Shown: positions 36,826-50,868 of the stretch, piece by piece
Layout of the letters: each line of letters opens with the position of its first letter
Numbering within the stretch: position 1 is the stretch's first letter
DNA from: an uncultured Gammaproteobacteria bacterium
Lineage (GTDB): Bacteria; Pseudomonadota; Gammaproteobacteria; UBA9214
NCBI GenBank assembly: GCA_963773065.1
Contig: CAVYZN010000032.1
Coordinates: 64,001-128,000, forward strand
Reading direction: 5' to 3'
Length of the DNA: 64,000 nt
Made by a program: the position numbers and the translations under genes
Notes under the pieces: model-generated
Seen by the model: only the letters and a program-made list of their open reading frames with translations
Databases searched by the model: none
Told to the model about the DNA's origin: nothing

Positions 36826-38190
36826 ATGAAGCACGTCCTACTATCCCTCGGACTCTGTCTGGGTCTGTCCCTGCTGCCGCCGGGCGGCAGCCTGGCCGCC
36901 GCCGGCAAACCGGAAAAGGAGAATCTCAAGTTCGGCTTCATCAAGCTGACCGATATGGCGCCGCTCGCCATCGCCTATGAGAAGGGTTACTTCGAGGACG
37001 AGGGTTTATACGTCACGCTGGAGCCGCAGGCGAACTGGAAGGTGTTGCTGGACCGGGTGATCGATGGCGAGCTCGACGGCGCCCATATGCTGGCGGGCCA
37101 GCCGCTGGGCGCGACGATCGGCTTCGGCACCAAGGCGAACGTGATCACCGCCTTCAGCATGGACCTCAACGGCAATGGCGTCACCGTCTCCAACGACGTC
37201 TGGGAACAGATGAAAAAGCAGCTACCGCAGGAGAACGGCAAGCCGGTGCATCCGATCAAGGCGGACTACCTCAAACCGGTGATCAAGCAATACCGGGATG
37301 CAGGCAAGCCCTTCAAGATGGCCATGGTCTTCCCGGTTTCGACTCATAACTACGAACTGCGCTACTGGCTGGCCGCCGGCGGCATACACCCGGGTTACTA
37401 CGCCCCGCTCAAGGGCGATATCACCGGCCAGATCGGCGCCGAGGCCCTGCTCTCCGTCACCCCGCCCCCGCAAATGCCGGCGACGCTGGAGGCCGGCACC
37501 ATCGATGGCTATTGCGTGGGTGAACCGTGGAATCAGCAGGCCGTCTTCAAGGGCATCGGCGTGCCGGTCATCACCGATTACGAGATCTGGAAGAACAATC
37601 CCGAGAAGGTCTTCGGCGTCTCCCAGGAGTGGGCGAACAAATATCCGAATACCCACAAGGCGGTGCTCAAGGCGCTGATCCGCGCGGCCATGTGGCTGGA
37701 CTCGGGCGGCCTTGAGAACCGCAAGGAGGCCGCGAAGATCCTGTCGCGTCCCGAGTATGTCGGCGCGGACTACGAGGTGCTCGCGAACAGCATGACCGGG
37801 ACCTTCGAGTATGAAAAGGGCGACACGCGCTCGGTGCCGGATTTCAACGTCTTCTTCCGCTATAACGCCACCTACCCGTATTACTCGGACGCGATTTGGT
37901 ACCTGACCCAGATGCGCCGCTGGGGCCAGATCCCCGAGTCCAAGCCGGACGGCTGGTACCTGGATATGGCGAAGCAGGTGTACCGGCCCGATCTCTACGC
38001 CGCGGCCGCGAAAGAGCTGATCGCCGAAGGCAAGGCCAAGGCCGGAGACTTCCCGGATTTCGGCGCCGAAACCGGTTTCCGCCCGCCCCAGAGCGGCTTC
38101 ATCGACGGCATCGTCTATGACGGCGCCAAGCCCAATGACTATTTGGCGAAGTTTCCGATCGGCCTCAAAGGTGATGAGGTCGTGAAATAA
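36826..38190 (+). CDS. nrtA: Nitrate ABC transporter substrate-binding protein (NrtA/CmpA family)
   Basis: Signal peptide, [25 protein letters not shown]; start uncertain. Confidence 0.88.
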   Translation: MKHVLLSLGLCLGLSLLPPGGSLAAAGKPEKENLKFGFIKLTDMAPLAIAYEKGYFEDEGLYVTLEPQANWKVLLDRVIDGELDGAHMLAGQPLGATIGFGTKANVITAFSMDLNGNGVTVSNDVWEQMKKQLPQENGKPVHPIKADYLKPVIKQYRDAGKPFKMAMVFPVSTHNYELRYWLAAGGIHPGYYAPLKGDITGQIGAEALLSVTPPPQMPATLEAGTIDGYCVGEPWNQQAVFKGIGVPVITDYEIWKNNPEKVFGVSQEWANKYPNTHKAVLKALIRAAMWLDSGGLENRKEAAKILSRPEYVGADYEVLANSMTGTFEYEKGDTRSVPDFNVFFRYNATYPYYSDAIWYLTQMRRWGQIPESKPDGWYLDMAKQVYRPDLYAAAAKELIAEGKAKAGDFPDFGAETGFRPPQSGFIDGIVYDGAKPNDYLAKFPIGLKGDEVVK

Positions 38191-38219
38191 TCACGGCCCG
38201 TTGATCATTACTGCGAGCA

Positions 38220-39190
38220 TGGCGATGAGCACAGACAGAGTCACGGCATTACGATCCGCCGGCATCGCCGAATTCGGCAAGTCGCTGCTGGTCCCGCTGC
38301 TGGCCTTCCTCCTGTTTCTGGGGATCTGGGATGTATCCGCGGCGCGCATCCATACCTCGCTCGGTGCGGTGCCGGGCCCGGTCGAGGTATGGAAGCAAGC
38401 CGTCAACCTGGTCGATGAACACCGGCAGGAGCGCGCCCGGCAGGCCGCGTTCTACGAGCGCCAGGCCAAACGCAACGCGGAGGCGCTCGCGCAGGATCCC
38501 CAGGCCGATGTGCGCATTCGGCCCTATACCGGCAAACCGACCTTCATCGACCAGATCCTGACGAGCCTGGTGACGGTGTTCACCGGGTTCCTGATCGCCT
38601 CCCTGATCGCCGTTCCCATCGGCATCGTCTCGGGCCTCAGCCAGACGGTGTATCGGGCGATCAACCCGATCGTGCAGATCTTCAAGCCGGTTTCACCGCT
38701 CGCCTGGCTGCCGATCGTGACCATCATCGTCAGCGCCGTTTACGTGTCGGACGACCCGATGTTCGCCAAGTCCTACATCACCTCGGCCATTACCGTCACG
38801 CTGTGCTGCCTGTGGCCGACGCTGATCAATACCGCCGTCGGGGTCGCCTCGCTCGACAAGGATCTCGTCAACGTCGGCAAGGTGCTGCGTCTGGGCTGGT
38901 TCACGCGGGTGTGGAAGATCGCGCTGCCCTCGGCGATTCCCATGATCTTCACCGGACTGCGTCTGAGTCTCGGCATCGGCTGGATGGTGCTCATTGCCGC
39001 CGAGATGCTGGCGCAGAATCCGGGGCTGGGCAAATTCGTGTGGGATGAGTTCCAGAACGGCAGTTCCAATTCTCTCGGACGCATCATGGTGGCGGTGTTC
39101 GTGATCGGCCTGATCGGCTTCATGCTGGATTTGGGCATGCTGCTGCTGCAGAAGAAGGTGTCGTGGGACAAGGAGGCGGTGCTGCGCTGA
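38220..39190 (+). CDS. nrtB: Nitrate ABC transporter permease
   Basis: FKPVSPLAWLP, WMVLIAAEML; start uncertain. Confidence 0.88.
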
Positions 39191-39254
39191 GCGGCCGGTA
39201 CGACCCATGCCCAATAACAACATGCTGTCGCGACCGGCGTTACCGGAGTGAACA

Positions 39255-40147
39255 ATGACCATTGAACATCTCAATATCGACCATGTAACCGTGGAATTTC
39301 CCACCCCCGGCGGGACCTTCACGGCGCTGGACGACGTCGACCTGGTGATTGCCAAGGGTGAATTCGTTTCCCTGATCGGCCACTCCGGCTGCGGCAAATC
39401 GACGGTGCTGAATGTCGTCGCGGGCCTGCTGCGGGCGAGCCGCGGCGGCGTGGTGCTGGACGGCACCGAGGTCGACGAACCGGGGCCGGATCGCGCCGTG
39501 GTGTTCCAGCACCACTCGCTGCTGCCCTGGCTCACCGCCTACCAGAACGTCGAGCTGGCCGTGAAGACAGGTGTTCAGGGGCGCGAAGTCGAAGGCGCAG
39601 ATGCGCGACTGGATCGAGCACAACCTGCGGCTGGTGCACATGGAGCATGCCATGGACAAGCGCCCCGGCGAGATCTCGGGCGGCATGAAACAGCGGGTGG
39701 GGATCGCCCGGGCGCTGGCCATGCAGCCGAAGGTGCTGCTGATGGATGAACCCTTCGGCGCGCTGGACGCGCTCACCCGCGCCCACATGCAGGACTCGCT
39801 GATGGAGATACACGCGGAACTCGGCAACACCGTGATCATGATCACCCACGACGTGGACGAGGCGGTGCTGCTCTCGGACCGCATCGTCATGATGACCAAC
39901 GGCCCGGCGGCAACCATCGGCCAAATCCTCGCGATCGGGCTCGAACGCCCGCGCGAGCGGGTCAGTCTCGCGGTCAGCGCGCAATACAATCACTATCGCG
40001 CCGAAGTATTGAAGTTCCTCTACATGCGCCAGCGCCGCCCCGGCGAAACAAAAGGCGGAGGTGCCCGCGGAAAAATCAGCCGGCGAATCCCTGCCGCCGC
40101 AGAAAACCCCGGACCTGAAGGTGGTAAGGGACCAGGCGGTTGCCTAG
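39255..40147 (+). CDS. Nitrate ABC transporter ATPase, NrtC/D-like (frameshifted)
   Basis: GHSGCGKST, ISGGMKQR, MDEPFGALDALTR, MMTNGPAA; 3' end inferred. Confidence 0.85.
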
Positions 40148-40426
40148 CAGGAATCGGGACACGATCGCCAACCGCTAGACTCCTTAAAAAACCGAAGGCT
40201 TTAACCCCTGCCCATCGTGTTGGATGCGGGCAGTATTCATTTGACCAATGCGCCTCTCCTGTTTATTGTGGAGCCATTTTTCATGCCATGGACAATCCTT
40301 GGACCCTGTATCATATGACCAGGGGTGGGATCCTGGCCGTGGTGTTTACATCGCGCCCTGCATGACAGACGGCCGCGTAGAGTGAGCCGAATGAACCACC
40401 GGCTATCTGATTGTCTTTCTAATTAG

Positions 40427-41707
<1,281 letters not shown>

Positions 41708-41857
41708 ACGCAAGGCGGCATGGCTCGAAGAACCTCGGAACGAAGGGCATTTACATAAACCGAACAATGTAGGGTGGGTTAGCGGTTTTTGCGTAACCCA
41801 CCAGGCGTTGTGCAGCAACACAACCTGGCGGTTCAATTACTCGTTGATGAATGAATA

Positions 41858-41932
41858 GCCACGGAAGCACACGGAATTACACGGAATAATCACTAACAAA
41901 ATCTTTCCGTGTGCTTCCGTGGATTCCGTGGC
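41858..41932. repeat. CACGGAA-type palindromic doublet
   Basis: Three CACGGAA units facing three TTCCGTG units; second copy at 47517-47603. Confidence 0.85.
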
Positions 41933-41977
41933 CATAGAGGTTTGGCTGCAGGACGAGAACCGGGGCGCATCACGCTA

Positions 41978-43792
41978 TCAATCAGGTGAGTTTTCCTGCT
42001 GCGCCAGCCAGGCGCGCCAGCCGCCGAATGCCGTGATGTCCAAGGCATCATCCAGGGCGCAGGGCTCGCAGATGAAGCCCTTGTGCCACGCGCCGTCCTC
42101 GAGTTCCAGCGTGCCGATGCCGAGCGGCGCCGGGATGCCGGCCACGAAGCCGCCCAGCTCGGCGAGCGGCAGTTCCCACACCTCCACCTCGATGGCCGCG
42201 CCGCCGGCCGCGACGCGCACCAGGCCGGGCCGCCGCGGCGGGCCGCCGGCGAGCGCATAGAGCCGGTAGACGGGCGCGGTGCGGGTGGCGGCGATGAGCC
42301 GCGCGCCGCGCGCGGTCAACTGGTGGTTGAGCGGCAGGCCCTTAAGGTGCGCCCCGCAAACCACCAGCCGGATCGCCCTCGCCATCGCAGATTGTCGCTG
42401 GCCGGGACGCCGGCGGCACGGGCCGGCCGGTGGCCCCGAGGGTGAGGCCGCTGGCATGGTGCAGGCGGGCCGCGTAGCCGCAGAGCGCCGCATCGTGAAA
42501 CGCCGGGGCGAACAGCGTCACGCCGAAGGGCAGACCGTCGGCGCGAAAGCCCGCCGGCACGGCGACGGCGGCGCAGTCGAGCAGGTTCATGAAGTTGGTG
42601 TAGTAGCCCAGCCGGCTGTTCAGCGTCACCGGGTCGCGGTTCACTGCCTCGATGGTGTAGATCGTGCCGGCGGTGGGCGTCACCGCGAAGTCCATTGCCC
42701 GCAGGATCTGATCCACGGTACGCCGCAGCGACTGCAGGCGGTGCTGGTCCTTGAAAACATCGACCGCGCCGATCGACCGGCCGGCCGCGATAATGCGATG
42801 CGTGACCGGCAGCATCGCCTCTGGCCGCGCCTCGATGAAGGCCTCGATGGCGGCATAGCGCTCGGCGATCCACGGGCCCTGGTAGAGCAGGCGCGCGGCA
42901 TCGAGGAAGGGTTGCAGATCAAACGTGACCGGCTCTCCCCCAGTTCGCGCAGCCGTTCGATCGCCTCGCGGTAGAGCGCCGCCGCGGCGCGGTCGCCGAA
43001 GAACTCGAGCTGTTCCGCGCGCGGCAGCCCGAAGCGGAAGCGCTCCCGCGCGCTCGGCCCCGGCCGGGCCTCGCGTGCATAGGGGTCGCGCGGATCATAG
43101 GCGGCGGCCACGGCCAGCACCGCCGCGGCATCCCGGCAGTCGAGTGCGAAGACGCTGACGCAGTCGAGGCTCCGGCAGGCGGGCACCACGCCCGACGGTG
43201 CTCAGCAGACCGCGGGTGGGCTTGATGCCGATGAGGTTGTTGAAGGCCGCGGGCACCCGGCCGGAACCGGCGGTGTCGGTGCCAAGCGAAAAGCTCGCCA
43301 GCCCCTTCGCCACCGCGACCGCCGAACCGGAACTCGAGCCGCCGGCGAGGTAGCGCGGGTCGAAGGCGTTGCGCACCGCGCCCCAGGGCGAGCGGGTGCC
43401 GGTGAGGCCGGTGGCGAACTGGTCCAGGTTGGTCTTGCCGACCGGCACGGCGCCGGCCGCGAGCAGGCGTTCGACCACGAACGCGGAGTGCGCCGGGGTG
43501 TAGGCGATAGCCCGCGCAGGCGGCCGTCGTCGGTATCCCCGCGAGATCGATGTTGTCCTTGATGGCGAACGGTATGCCGTAGAGCGGCTGCGCTGGCCGG
43601 GTCGCGCCCCGCGAGGGCATCCAGGTAGGGCGCGGTCTCGGCCTCGCTCAGCAGGTGGATCCAGATGTTGTCGTCCCGGCAGGCCTGCGCCCGCTCACGG
43701 ATCCGAGCGAGCACCTCGCGCGGGGTCAGCGTCCCGCTGCGGTAGGCGGCGAGCAGGTGCTCGATCGACAGGTTCGGCGACGCGCGATCCAT
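41978..43792 (-). CDS. atzF: Allophanate hydrolase (frameshifted)
   Basis: [53 protein letters not shown]. Confidence 0.9.
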
Positions 43793-46700
43793 CACCCGGC
43801 TCCGCTCACGTCCACGACCAGCAGCTTCTGCCCCGGCGTCACCTGCGTGCCCGGTTCGCACAGCACGCGGCTGACCACGCCCGCGTGCTCGGCGCGCAGC
43901 GCGATCTCCATCTTCATGGATTCCAGCACCAGCAGCGTATCCCCGGCGGCGATGGCGTGGCCTTCCTGCACCTCGAGCTGCCAGACGCTGCCGTGCACGT
44001 GCGCCTCCACCGCGATCTCGGTCTCCGAGAGCACCAGTTCCCCGGCGGTTTCGTCGATGGCCGCGCTGTCCGGCGGCACGTAGGTCGCCTGGCCGGTTTC
44101 GATCCAGCGGCGGCGTTCGGCCTCGAAGGCGGCCTGCTGGCGCGCCTTGAAGGCGGCGATGCCGGCGGCGTGCTCGCCGAGGAAGCGCTCGTAGCCGGAT
44201 AGGCCGAACGTCGTCTCCTCGATGCGCAGCCGATAGGCGCCGCGCGGGAAGTCATCGCGGATGCGCCGCAGTTCGTCCTCGCCGACCGGGAAGAAGCGGA
44301 TCTGGTCGAAGAAGCGCAGCAGCCAGGGCTGTTCGAATTCCGGCGTGCGCCGCCAGCGGTTCCACATCTGCAGCGTGCGCCCGACGAACTGGTAGCCGCC
44401 GGGTCCCTCCATGCCGTAGACGCACAGGTAGGAGCCGCCGATGCCGACCGCGTTCTCGGGTGTCCAGGTGCGCGCCGGGTTGTACTTGGTTGTCACCAGC
44501 CGGTGGCGCGGATCGAGCGGGGTGGCGACCGGCGCGCCCAGGTAAACATCCCCCAGCCCCATGACCAGGTAGCTGGCGCTAAAGACGATGTCGCGCACCG
44601 CCTCCACGCTGTCCAGACCGTTGATGCGGCGGATGAACTCGATGTTGCTCGGGCACCAGGGCGCGCCCGGGCGCACCGAGCGGGTGTACTTGTCGATGGC
44701 GAGCCGCGTGGCCGGGTCGTCCCAGGAGAGCGGCAGGTGCACGATGCGCGCCGGCAGTTCCAGGTCCTTGCTGTCGCCGAGCGCCTGCTCGGCCTCGCGC
44801 AGCCGCGAAAGCAGCTCCGCGGTCGGCAATCGCAGCGGGTCGTAGTGCACCTGCAGCGAGCGGATGCCCGGGGTCAGCTCGAGGAGGCCCGGGAGCCTGC
44901 AGCGCCTTGAGATGCCGCATCAGGGCGTGCGCGCGGAAGCGCAGCCGGATGTCCAGCACCGGCGGCCCGTATTCGATCAGCAGGTAGCGGTCGCCGCAGG
45001 CGCGGTAGGCGACCGCGATGCCGTCCGCGCCGGCGTCGCCGTGATCGAGCAGCGGCGAGCCGAGTGCGACCGGCTCGATCGCGACGGAGGGTTTGCGCAG
45101 CGCCGCAATCGCCGCGTCCTGTTCGCGCGCCAGGGCGTCCGCGCCGCGCTGGTCCACGGGCACGAAGCGCACCCGGTCGCCGGGGCGCAACTGGCCCAGC
45201 TTCCATTGTTCGGCGCGGATGACGGTCGCGGGACAGACGAAGCCGCCGAGGCTGGGGCCGTCCGGCCCGAGTATCACCGGCATGTCGCCGGTGTAATCCA
45301 CCGCGCCGATGGCGTAGGCGTTGTCGTGGATGTTGGAGGGATGCAGACCGGCCTCGCCGCCATCCGGGCGCGCCCATCGCGGCTTCGGCCCGATCAGGCG
45401 GATGCCGGTGCGGCTGGAGTTGTAATGGACCTCCCAGTCCGCCGCGAAAAAGTCGTCCATGTCCGCCGGGGTGAAGAAATCCGGCGCGCCGTGGGGCCCG
45501 TAGATCACCGGCAGGATCCAGCGGTTCTCGTAAGCCGGCCGCTGTGACGGCGGGAGCCGCGCCGCCGGCACGGCTTCGGTCACCGGCCGGATGGGCAGCA
45601 CGTCGCCCACCCGCAGGTGGCGCCCGCCGTGTCCGCCGAACCGGCCGAGGGTGAAGGTCGCGCGGCTGCCGAGGTAGGGGGTGATCTGCACGCCGTGGCG
45701 CACGGCGAGGTAGGCCCGCGCGCCAACGCCCGCGACCGCGCCCAGCGTCAGGGTGCTGCCGGCGCGCACCGGCACGCTTTGCCAGGCGGGCAGCGGCTCA
45801 CCGTCGAGGTCCGCCGGCAGCGGCGCGCCGGTCAACGCGATGACCGTGTCGCAGCGAAAGCGCAGGGTCGGGCCGGTGACGGTGCATTCCAGGCCCGCGG
45901 CCTCCGGCGGGTTGCCGAGCAGGCGGTTGGCGTAGCGGAAGGCGAGGTCGTCCATGGGCCCCGACGGCGGCACGCCCACGTCCCAGTAGCCGGTGCGCCC
46001 CGGATAATCCTGCACCGTGGTCTGGGTGCCGCCGGAGAGCACCTCGATGCCGGCGCCTGGTAGGGGAAGGCGTCCAGGGTGCGGGTGGTGTGGCGCATGG
46101 CGCGGAAGTCCTCGCTCACCAGCACCTGGCGCAGATAGGCGAGGTTGGTCTCGATGCCCTCGACCGCGGTGCGCTCCAGGGCGTGCGCCAGCGCGGCGAT
46201 GGCGCCGTCGCGGTCGGCGGCGTGCACGATGAGCTTGGCCAGCATCGGGTCGTAGTAGGGCGGCACTTCGGCGCCGGTCTCGATCCAGGTCTCGCAGCGG
46301 ATGTCAGCCGGAAACGCCACGTGAGTCAGCAGGCCGGCGGCGGGCTGGAATCCCCGCGCCGGGTCTTCCGCGTAGAGCCGCGCCTGGATCGCATGGCCGG
46401 TGGGCCTATATTCCAGGGTCTCCAGCGGCGGCAGCTCGCCAGCGGCGAGGCGCACCATCCACTCCACCAGGTCAACCCCCGTGACTGCCTCGGTCACGCC
46501 GTGTTCGACTTGCAGGCGGGTATTAACCTCGAGAAAGTAGAACTTCTCCGTCGCCGCATCGTAGAGGTATTCCACCGTGCCGGCGGAACGGTAATCGACC
46601 GCCTCGCCCAGGCGCCGGGCCGAGGCCAGCATCCGCTCGCGCACCGCCGCACGCAGGCCCGGCGCCGGCGTCTCCTCGATGACCTTCTGATGGCGCCGCT

Positions 46701-47391
46701 GCAGGCTGCAGTCCCGCTCCCCCAGGGCGATGACCCGCCCGGCGCCGTCGCCGAAGATCTGCACCTCGACGTGGCGGGCATTCGCCACGTATTTCTCCAG
46801 GAAGAGGCCGGCATCGGAGAAGTTGTTGCGCGAGAGGCGCCGCACCGAATCGAAGGCCGCGCCGAGCGTGGCGGCATCCGGGCAGAGCTGCATGCCGATC
46901 CCGCCGCCGCCCGCGGTGCTCTTCAGCATCACCGGATAGCCGATGGCCGCGGCCTCGCGCAGGGCATGGTCCACGTCCTCGAGCAGGCCGGTGCCCGGCA
47001 GCAGCGGCAGGCCGCTCGCCCGGGCGAGCGTGCGGGCGGTGTGCTTGAGTCCGAAATCGCGCAACTGCTCCGGCGTCGGGCCGATGAAGGCGATGCCGAA
47101 GGCGGCGCATTCCTCGGCGAAGGCGGCGTTCTCGCTGAGGAAACCGTAGCCCGGGTGGATGGCCTGCGCGCCGCTCTGGCGCGCCGCCGCGAGGATGCGG
47201 CCCGGATCGAGGTAGGTCTCGGCGGCCAGCGCCTCGCCGATCAATATCGCCTCGTCGGCCTGGGCGACATGCAGGGAGTGGGCATCGGCGCGCGAGTACA
47301 CCGCGACGGAGCGGATGGACAGCCGGCGCAGCGTGCGCAGGATGCGGCAGGCGATGGCGCCGCGATTGGCGATCAGGATCTTGTCGAACAT
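43792..47391 (-). CDS. uca: Urea/guanidine carboxylase (frameshifted)
   Basis: ANRGAIA biotin carboxylase, [24 protein letters not shown], biotin site ESMKME. Confidence 0.93.
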
Positions 47392-47411
47392 GGCAGCAGG
47401 ACTTCGTTATC

Positions 47412-47463
47412 GCGGCGGGTCGTCCCGCCTGTTACCCGAACCGCCCCGGGGCCGTCCCCGGCG
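47412..47463 (-). ncRNA. Guanidine-II (mini-ykkC) riboswitch
   Basis: Two GC hairpins with ACGR loops, CCGGGG-ACGG-CCCCGG and GGCGGG-ACGA-CCCGCC, about 20 nt before the uca start. Confidence 0.85.
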
Positions 47464-47603
47464 CGGTGGTCAATCTCACCACTGCGAATCTTTCATGGCT
47501 GCTAGGGGAAGTCCGTATGGCCACGGAATCACACGGAAGACACGGAAATATAAAAATCATTCAAAAGATCCTTCCGTGTCATTCCGTGTGATTCCGTGGC
47601 CAT

Positions 47604-48251
47604 TCAATCCCAGATCAGCATGCGCACCGGCGTGGGGTTATAGGCGTTGCAGGGGTTGTTCAACTGCGGGCAGTTCGAGACCAGCACCACCACGTCCATC
47701 AGGGCGCGCATTTCCACGTAGCGCCCGGGGGCGGAGATGCCGTCCTCGAAGGTGAGCCCGCCCTGCGGGGTGACCGGCACGTTCATGAAGAAATTGATGT
47801 TGCTGGTGAGGTCGCGCTTGCTCAAGGGTATGCCGGCCTGCGCCAGGGCGCTCAGGAAATTGTCGCGGCAGTTGTGCATGCTGCGCTTGTCGAGGGCATA
47901 GCGCACCTGGTTGCTCTCGGCGGCGCAGGCGCCGCCCAGCGTGTCATGCCGCCCGCAGGTGTCGGCGGTGATGATGAGCATCGCGCGGCCTTGCGAGGAC
48001 AACAGCCGCGAGCCGCAGGTGAGATAGAGGTTGCCCTGGGCGCGGATGGTGTCGACCGCGCTGTAGCGCTCGCCCGGATCGCGGGCGTTGTAGAACAGGG
48101 TGTCGACCGCCTGGTTGCCTTCCAGGTCGACGATGCGCAGCGTCTGGCCCTGCCGCAGTTCCTTCATCCAGGGTTCGCCGGCGCGCACGATGGCGTCGTG
48201 GACGGCGGCGGCGGGATCGAGCGGGCTTTCGGCGAGTGCGTGATCGGACAT
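47604..48251 (-). CDS. cgdB: Urea carboxylase-associated protein (carboxyguanidine deiminase subunit B type)
   Basis: [40 protein letters not shown]. Confidence 0.85.
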   Translation of the reverse strand: MSDHALAESPLDPAAAVHDAIVRAGEPWMKELRQGQTLRIVDLEGNQAVDTLFYNARDPGERYSAVDTIRAQGNLYLTCGSRLLSSQGRAMLIITADTCGRHDTLGGACAAESNQVRYALDKRSMHNCRDNFLSALAQAGIPLSKRDLTSNINFFMNVPVTPQGGLTFEDGISAPGRYVEMRALMDVVVLVSNCPQLNNPCNAYNPTPVRMLIWD

Positions 48252-48261
48252 CGGGAAACCC

Positions 48262-49002
48262 TCAATCGTACTGGCAGTGATAGATGGCGGTATTGGCGAA
48301 GCCGCGCCGGTTCTCCGGGCAGGAGTTCAGGCACGGGTCGTCGGCCGCGACCGGGTCGGCCCGCCAGACGGTGAGCGCCACGGGACGCGGCCGCCACTCC
48401 CGCGCCGGGTCCAGCGGATGGGGGCAGGTGTTCAGCACCACCAGCGTGTCCATCTCGGCGCGCAGGTCGACGTGACTCCCGGGCGCGGAATGGCCGGCGT
48501 GAAACTGCATGCGGCCGGTTTCATCCGCCGTGACCCGGGAGAAGAAATTGATGTTGGCCACCAGGTCCCGCCGGTCGAGGCCCCATTTCTCCAGCTCGAT
48601 CAGGAACAGCTCGCGCCCGTTGCGATAGAACTCGTTGCGGTAGTCCTGGTAGCTGTGCTCGCCGTACTGCGACTTCACCAGGGCGGCGTCGGAGACGCCG
48701 CAGAAGGTGTCGTGCCAGCCGCAACTGTCGTCGATGATCGACATCAGCACCCGGCCCATGTCGGAGTAGCAGACGTGACCTTTCGTGAGGTAGGCGGTGT
48801 GCTGCGCCTTGAGGGTGTCGGCCATGTTGTAGCGTTCCAGCTTCTCATGGGCGTTGTAGAGCAGGGCGGAGCAGTTAGCGCCCCCCTCGGTGTCGGTGAG
48901 GCGCAGGCAGTAGCCGCGCCGGATGATGAAGGACCAGTAGCGCGCGCCAGGCAGGGTGTCCTGGTGCACGATGCGCGCCGGGTCCAGAGCCGGGGCCGTC
49001 AT
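48262..49002 (-). CDS. cgdA: Urea carboxylase-associated protein (carboxyguanidine deiminase subunit A type)
   Basis: [30 protein letters not shown]. Confidence 0.85.
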   Translation of the reverse strand: MTAPALDPARIVHQDTLPGARYWSFIIRRGYCLRLTDTEGGANCSALLYNAHEKLERYNMADTLKAQHTAYLTKGHVCYSDMGRVLMSIIDDSCGWHDTFCGVSDAALVKSQYGEHSYQDYRNEFYRNGRELFLIELEKWGLDRRDLVANINFFSRVTADETGRMQFHAGHSAPGSHVDLRAEMDTLVVLNTCPHPLDPAREWRPRPVALTVWRADPVAADDPCLNSCPENRRGFANTAIYHCQYD

Positions 49003-49055
49003 GGCAGTTCTCCTCTCAGCTTCCCTAAGTAATGTCCGTTCATAAAGAAACAAAC

Positions 49056-49140
49056 TCACCGCAAAGTCGCAAAGAACGCAAAGCCATTTGATGGTTTTTG
49101 TTAATGAGTTTCTTCGCGAACTTTGCGTCTTTGCGGTGAA
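49056..49140. repeat. TCACCGCAAAG-type doublet with no inner insert
   Basis: Arms 49056-49083 and 49112-49140, within CTAAGTAA-bearing flanks at 49025 and 49163. Confidence 0.8.
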
Positions 49141-49210
49141 AAATGGTGTTGATGGATGAAGACTAAGTAAGCGCCATTCTGGTCATAGCCAATATCTGTT
49201 CGTTGGGTTG

Positions 49211-50008
49211 TCAATTGACCGCCGCCTCCAGGGCGCGCGGGACCTCTTCCTCCACGTGCCGGCGGATGTCCTCGATCGTGCCGGCAGGGGTGCGCGCGAG
49301 TGACAGGTCATAGGTAATGGTGGCGCCGTAGGCGTGCAGCGCCTGCGCATCGATGCGCACCTTGTCGAACACCAGCAGGCGGGTCCCCAGGTAGAAGCCT
49401 TCCTTGAGGTCGTGGGTGATCATGAACACCGTCAGGCCGCTTTGCTGCCACAGGCTCAGCACCAGCTCGTGCATGTCCGCGCGGATCCCCGGATCGAGCG
49501 CGCCGAACGGCTCGTCCAGCAGCAGGATGCGCGGCTGCATGATCAGCGACTGGGCGAGCGCGAGGCGCTGCTGCATGCCGCCGGAGAGTTCCGCCGGATA
49601 CTTCCCCAGCGCCTGCCCGAGCCCGACCGATTCGAGCATGTCCCGCGCCCGTTCGCGGGCCGCGCGCCAAGCTGCTCCGAACAGGTGGCCGGTCAGCCGC
49701 GCGCCCTTGAGTTCCAGGCCGAGCATGACATTCTTCAATACCGTCAGGTGCGGAAACACCGAATAGCGCTGGAACACCACGCCCCGGTCCGGTCCGGGTT
49801 CACCCGGCAGGTCGCGCCCGTCGAGGCGGATGCGCCCGCGGGTCGGCTGCTCCTCGCCGAGCAGCAGGCGCAGGAAGGTGGTCTTGCCGCAGCCCGAGGC
49901 GCCCACGATGGTGCAGAATTCCCCCGGCTTCACCGTCAGGTTGAGACGTTCCAGCACCACGTGTCCGCCGTATTCCTTCCAGACCTGGCTGAAGGCGATC
50001 AGGCTCAT
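49211..50008 (-). CDS. ABC transporter ATPase (guanidine/urea uptake)
   Basis: GASGCGKT, LSGGMQQR, LDEPFGALD. Confidence 0.9.
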   Translation of the reverse strand: MSLIAFSQVWKEYGGHVVLERLNLTVKPGEFCTIVGASGCGKTTFLRLLLGEEQPTRGRIRLDGRDLPGEPGPDRGVVFQRYSVFPHLTVLKNVMLGLELKGARLTGHLFGAAWRAARERARDMLESVGLGQALGKYPAELSGGMQQRLALAQSLIMQPRILLLDEPFGALDPGIRADMHELVLSLWQQSGLTVFMITHDLKEGFYLGTRLLVFDKVRIDAQALHAYGATITYDLSLARTPAGTIEDIRRHVEEEVPRALEAAVN

Positions 50009-50835
50009 GCGCCGCCTCCGCCGGTCTGCGCGTGAAACCACGGGAACGCACGCCGGGAGATGAGGCGCAGCGCCAGGTCGGTGAGATAGGCGAGCAGGGT
50101 GATCCACGCCACATACGGCAGGATCACGTCCATGGCGAGGTAGCGGCGCAGTAAAAAAATGCGGTAGCCCAGGCCCTCCGTGGCGGCGATCGCCTCGGCG
50201 GCGATCAGGAACAGCCAGGCGCTGCCCAGCGACAGGCGCACCGCGTCGAGCAGCCGCGGCAGCACCTGGGGCAGGATCACGCGCAGCATGAGCTGCCAGC
50301 TCGAGCCGCTCAGCGTCTGCGCCTTGATGATCTGCTCCGCCGGCAGTTCGCGCACGCGCTGCTGCAGGTCGCGGATGATGAAGGGCGTGATGCCGATGAC
50401 GATCAGCACGACCTTGGAGACCTCGCCCAGCCCGAACACGATGAAGAGAATCGGCAGCATCGCCATGGGCGGGATCATCGACAGGGTGGCGACGAACGGC
50501 GCCAGGTTCGCGCGCAGGTAGGGGATGCTGCCGAGCAGCACACCGAAGACCAGGCCGGCGAGCGCGCTGATGCCGACCCCCAGCGCCAGCCGTTTCAGGC
50601 TGGCGCCGGTGTCCGCCCACAGCAGGTACTCGCCGCTGCGTTGGCTGGGTTCGACCGCCATGCGCCGCACGGCTTCGCCGAAACTGGCGAAGGAGGGCAG
50701 CAGCTTGTCGTTGGGGTTGTCCGCAAGCCGCGCGTGGGAGGCGGCCAGGTAGAACGCCAGCAGCAAAAGAAACGGCAGCATCCCCAGCGACAGGCGCAGC
50801 ATGGGGCCCGGCTGGCGGTTGATCAGCCGTTTCAC
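50005..50835 (-). CDS. ABC transporter permease
   Basis: NPNDKLLP, WLFLIAAEAI, LGYRIFLLRRY. Confidence 0.9.
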   Translation of the reverse strand: MKRLINRQPGPMLRLSLGMLPFLLLLAFYLAASHARLADNPNDKLLPSFASFGEAVRRMAVEPSQRSGEYLLWADTGASLKRLALGVGISALAGLVFGVLLGSIPYLRANLAPFVATLSMIPPMAMLPILFIVFGLGEVSKVVLIVIGITPFIIRDLQQRVRELPAEQIIKAQTLSGSSWQLMLRVILPQVLPRLLDAVRLSLGSAWLFLIAAEAIAATEGLGYRIFLLRRYLAMDVILPYVAWITLLAYLTDLALRLISRRAFPWFHAQTGGGGA

Positions 50836-50868
50836 GAGCCTGCCACGGCGCGCCCGGGCATCATGGTC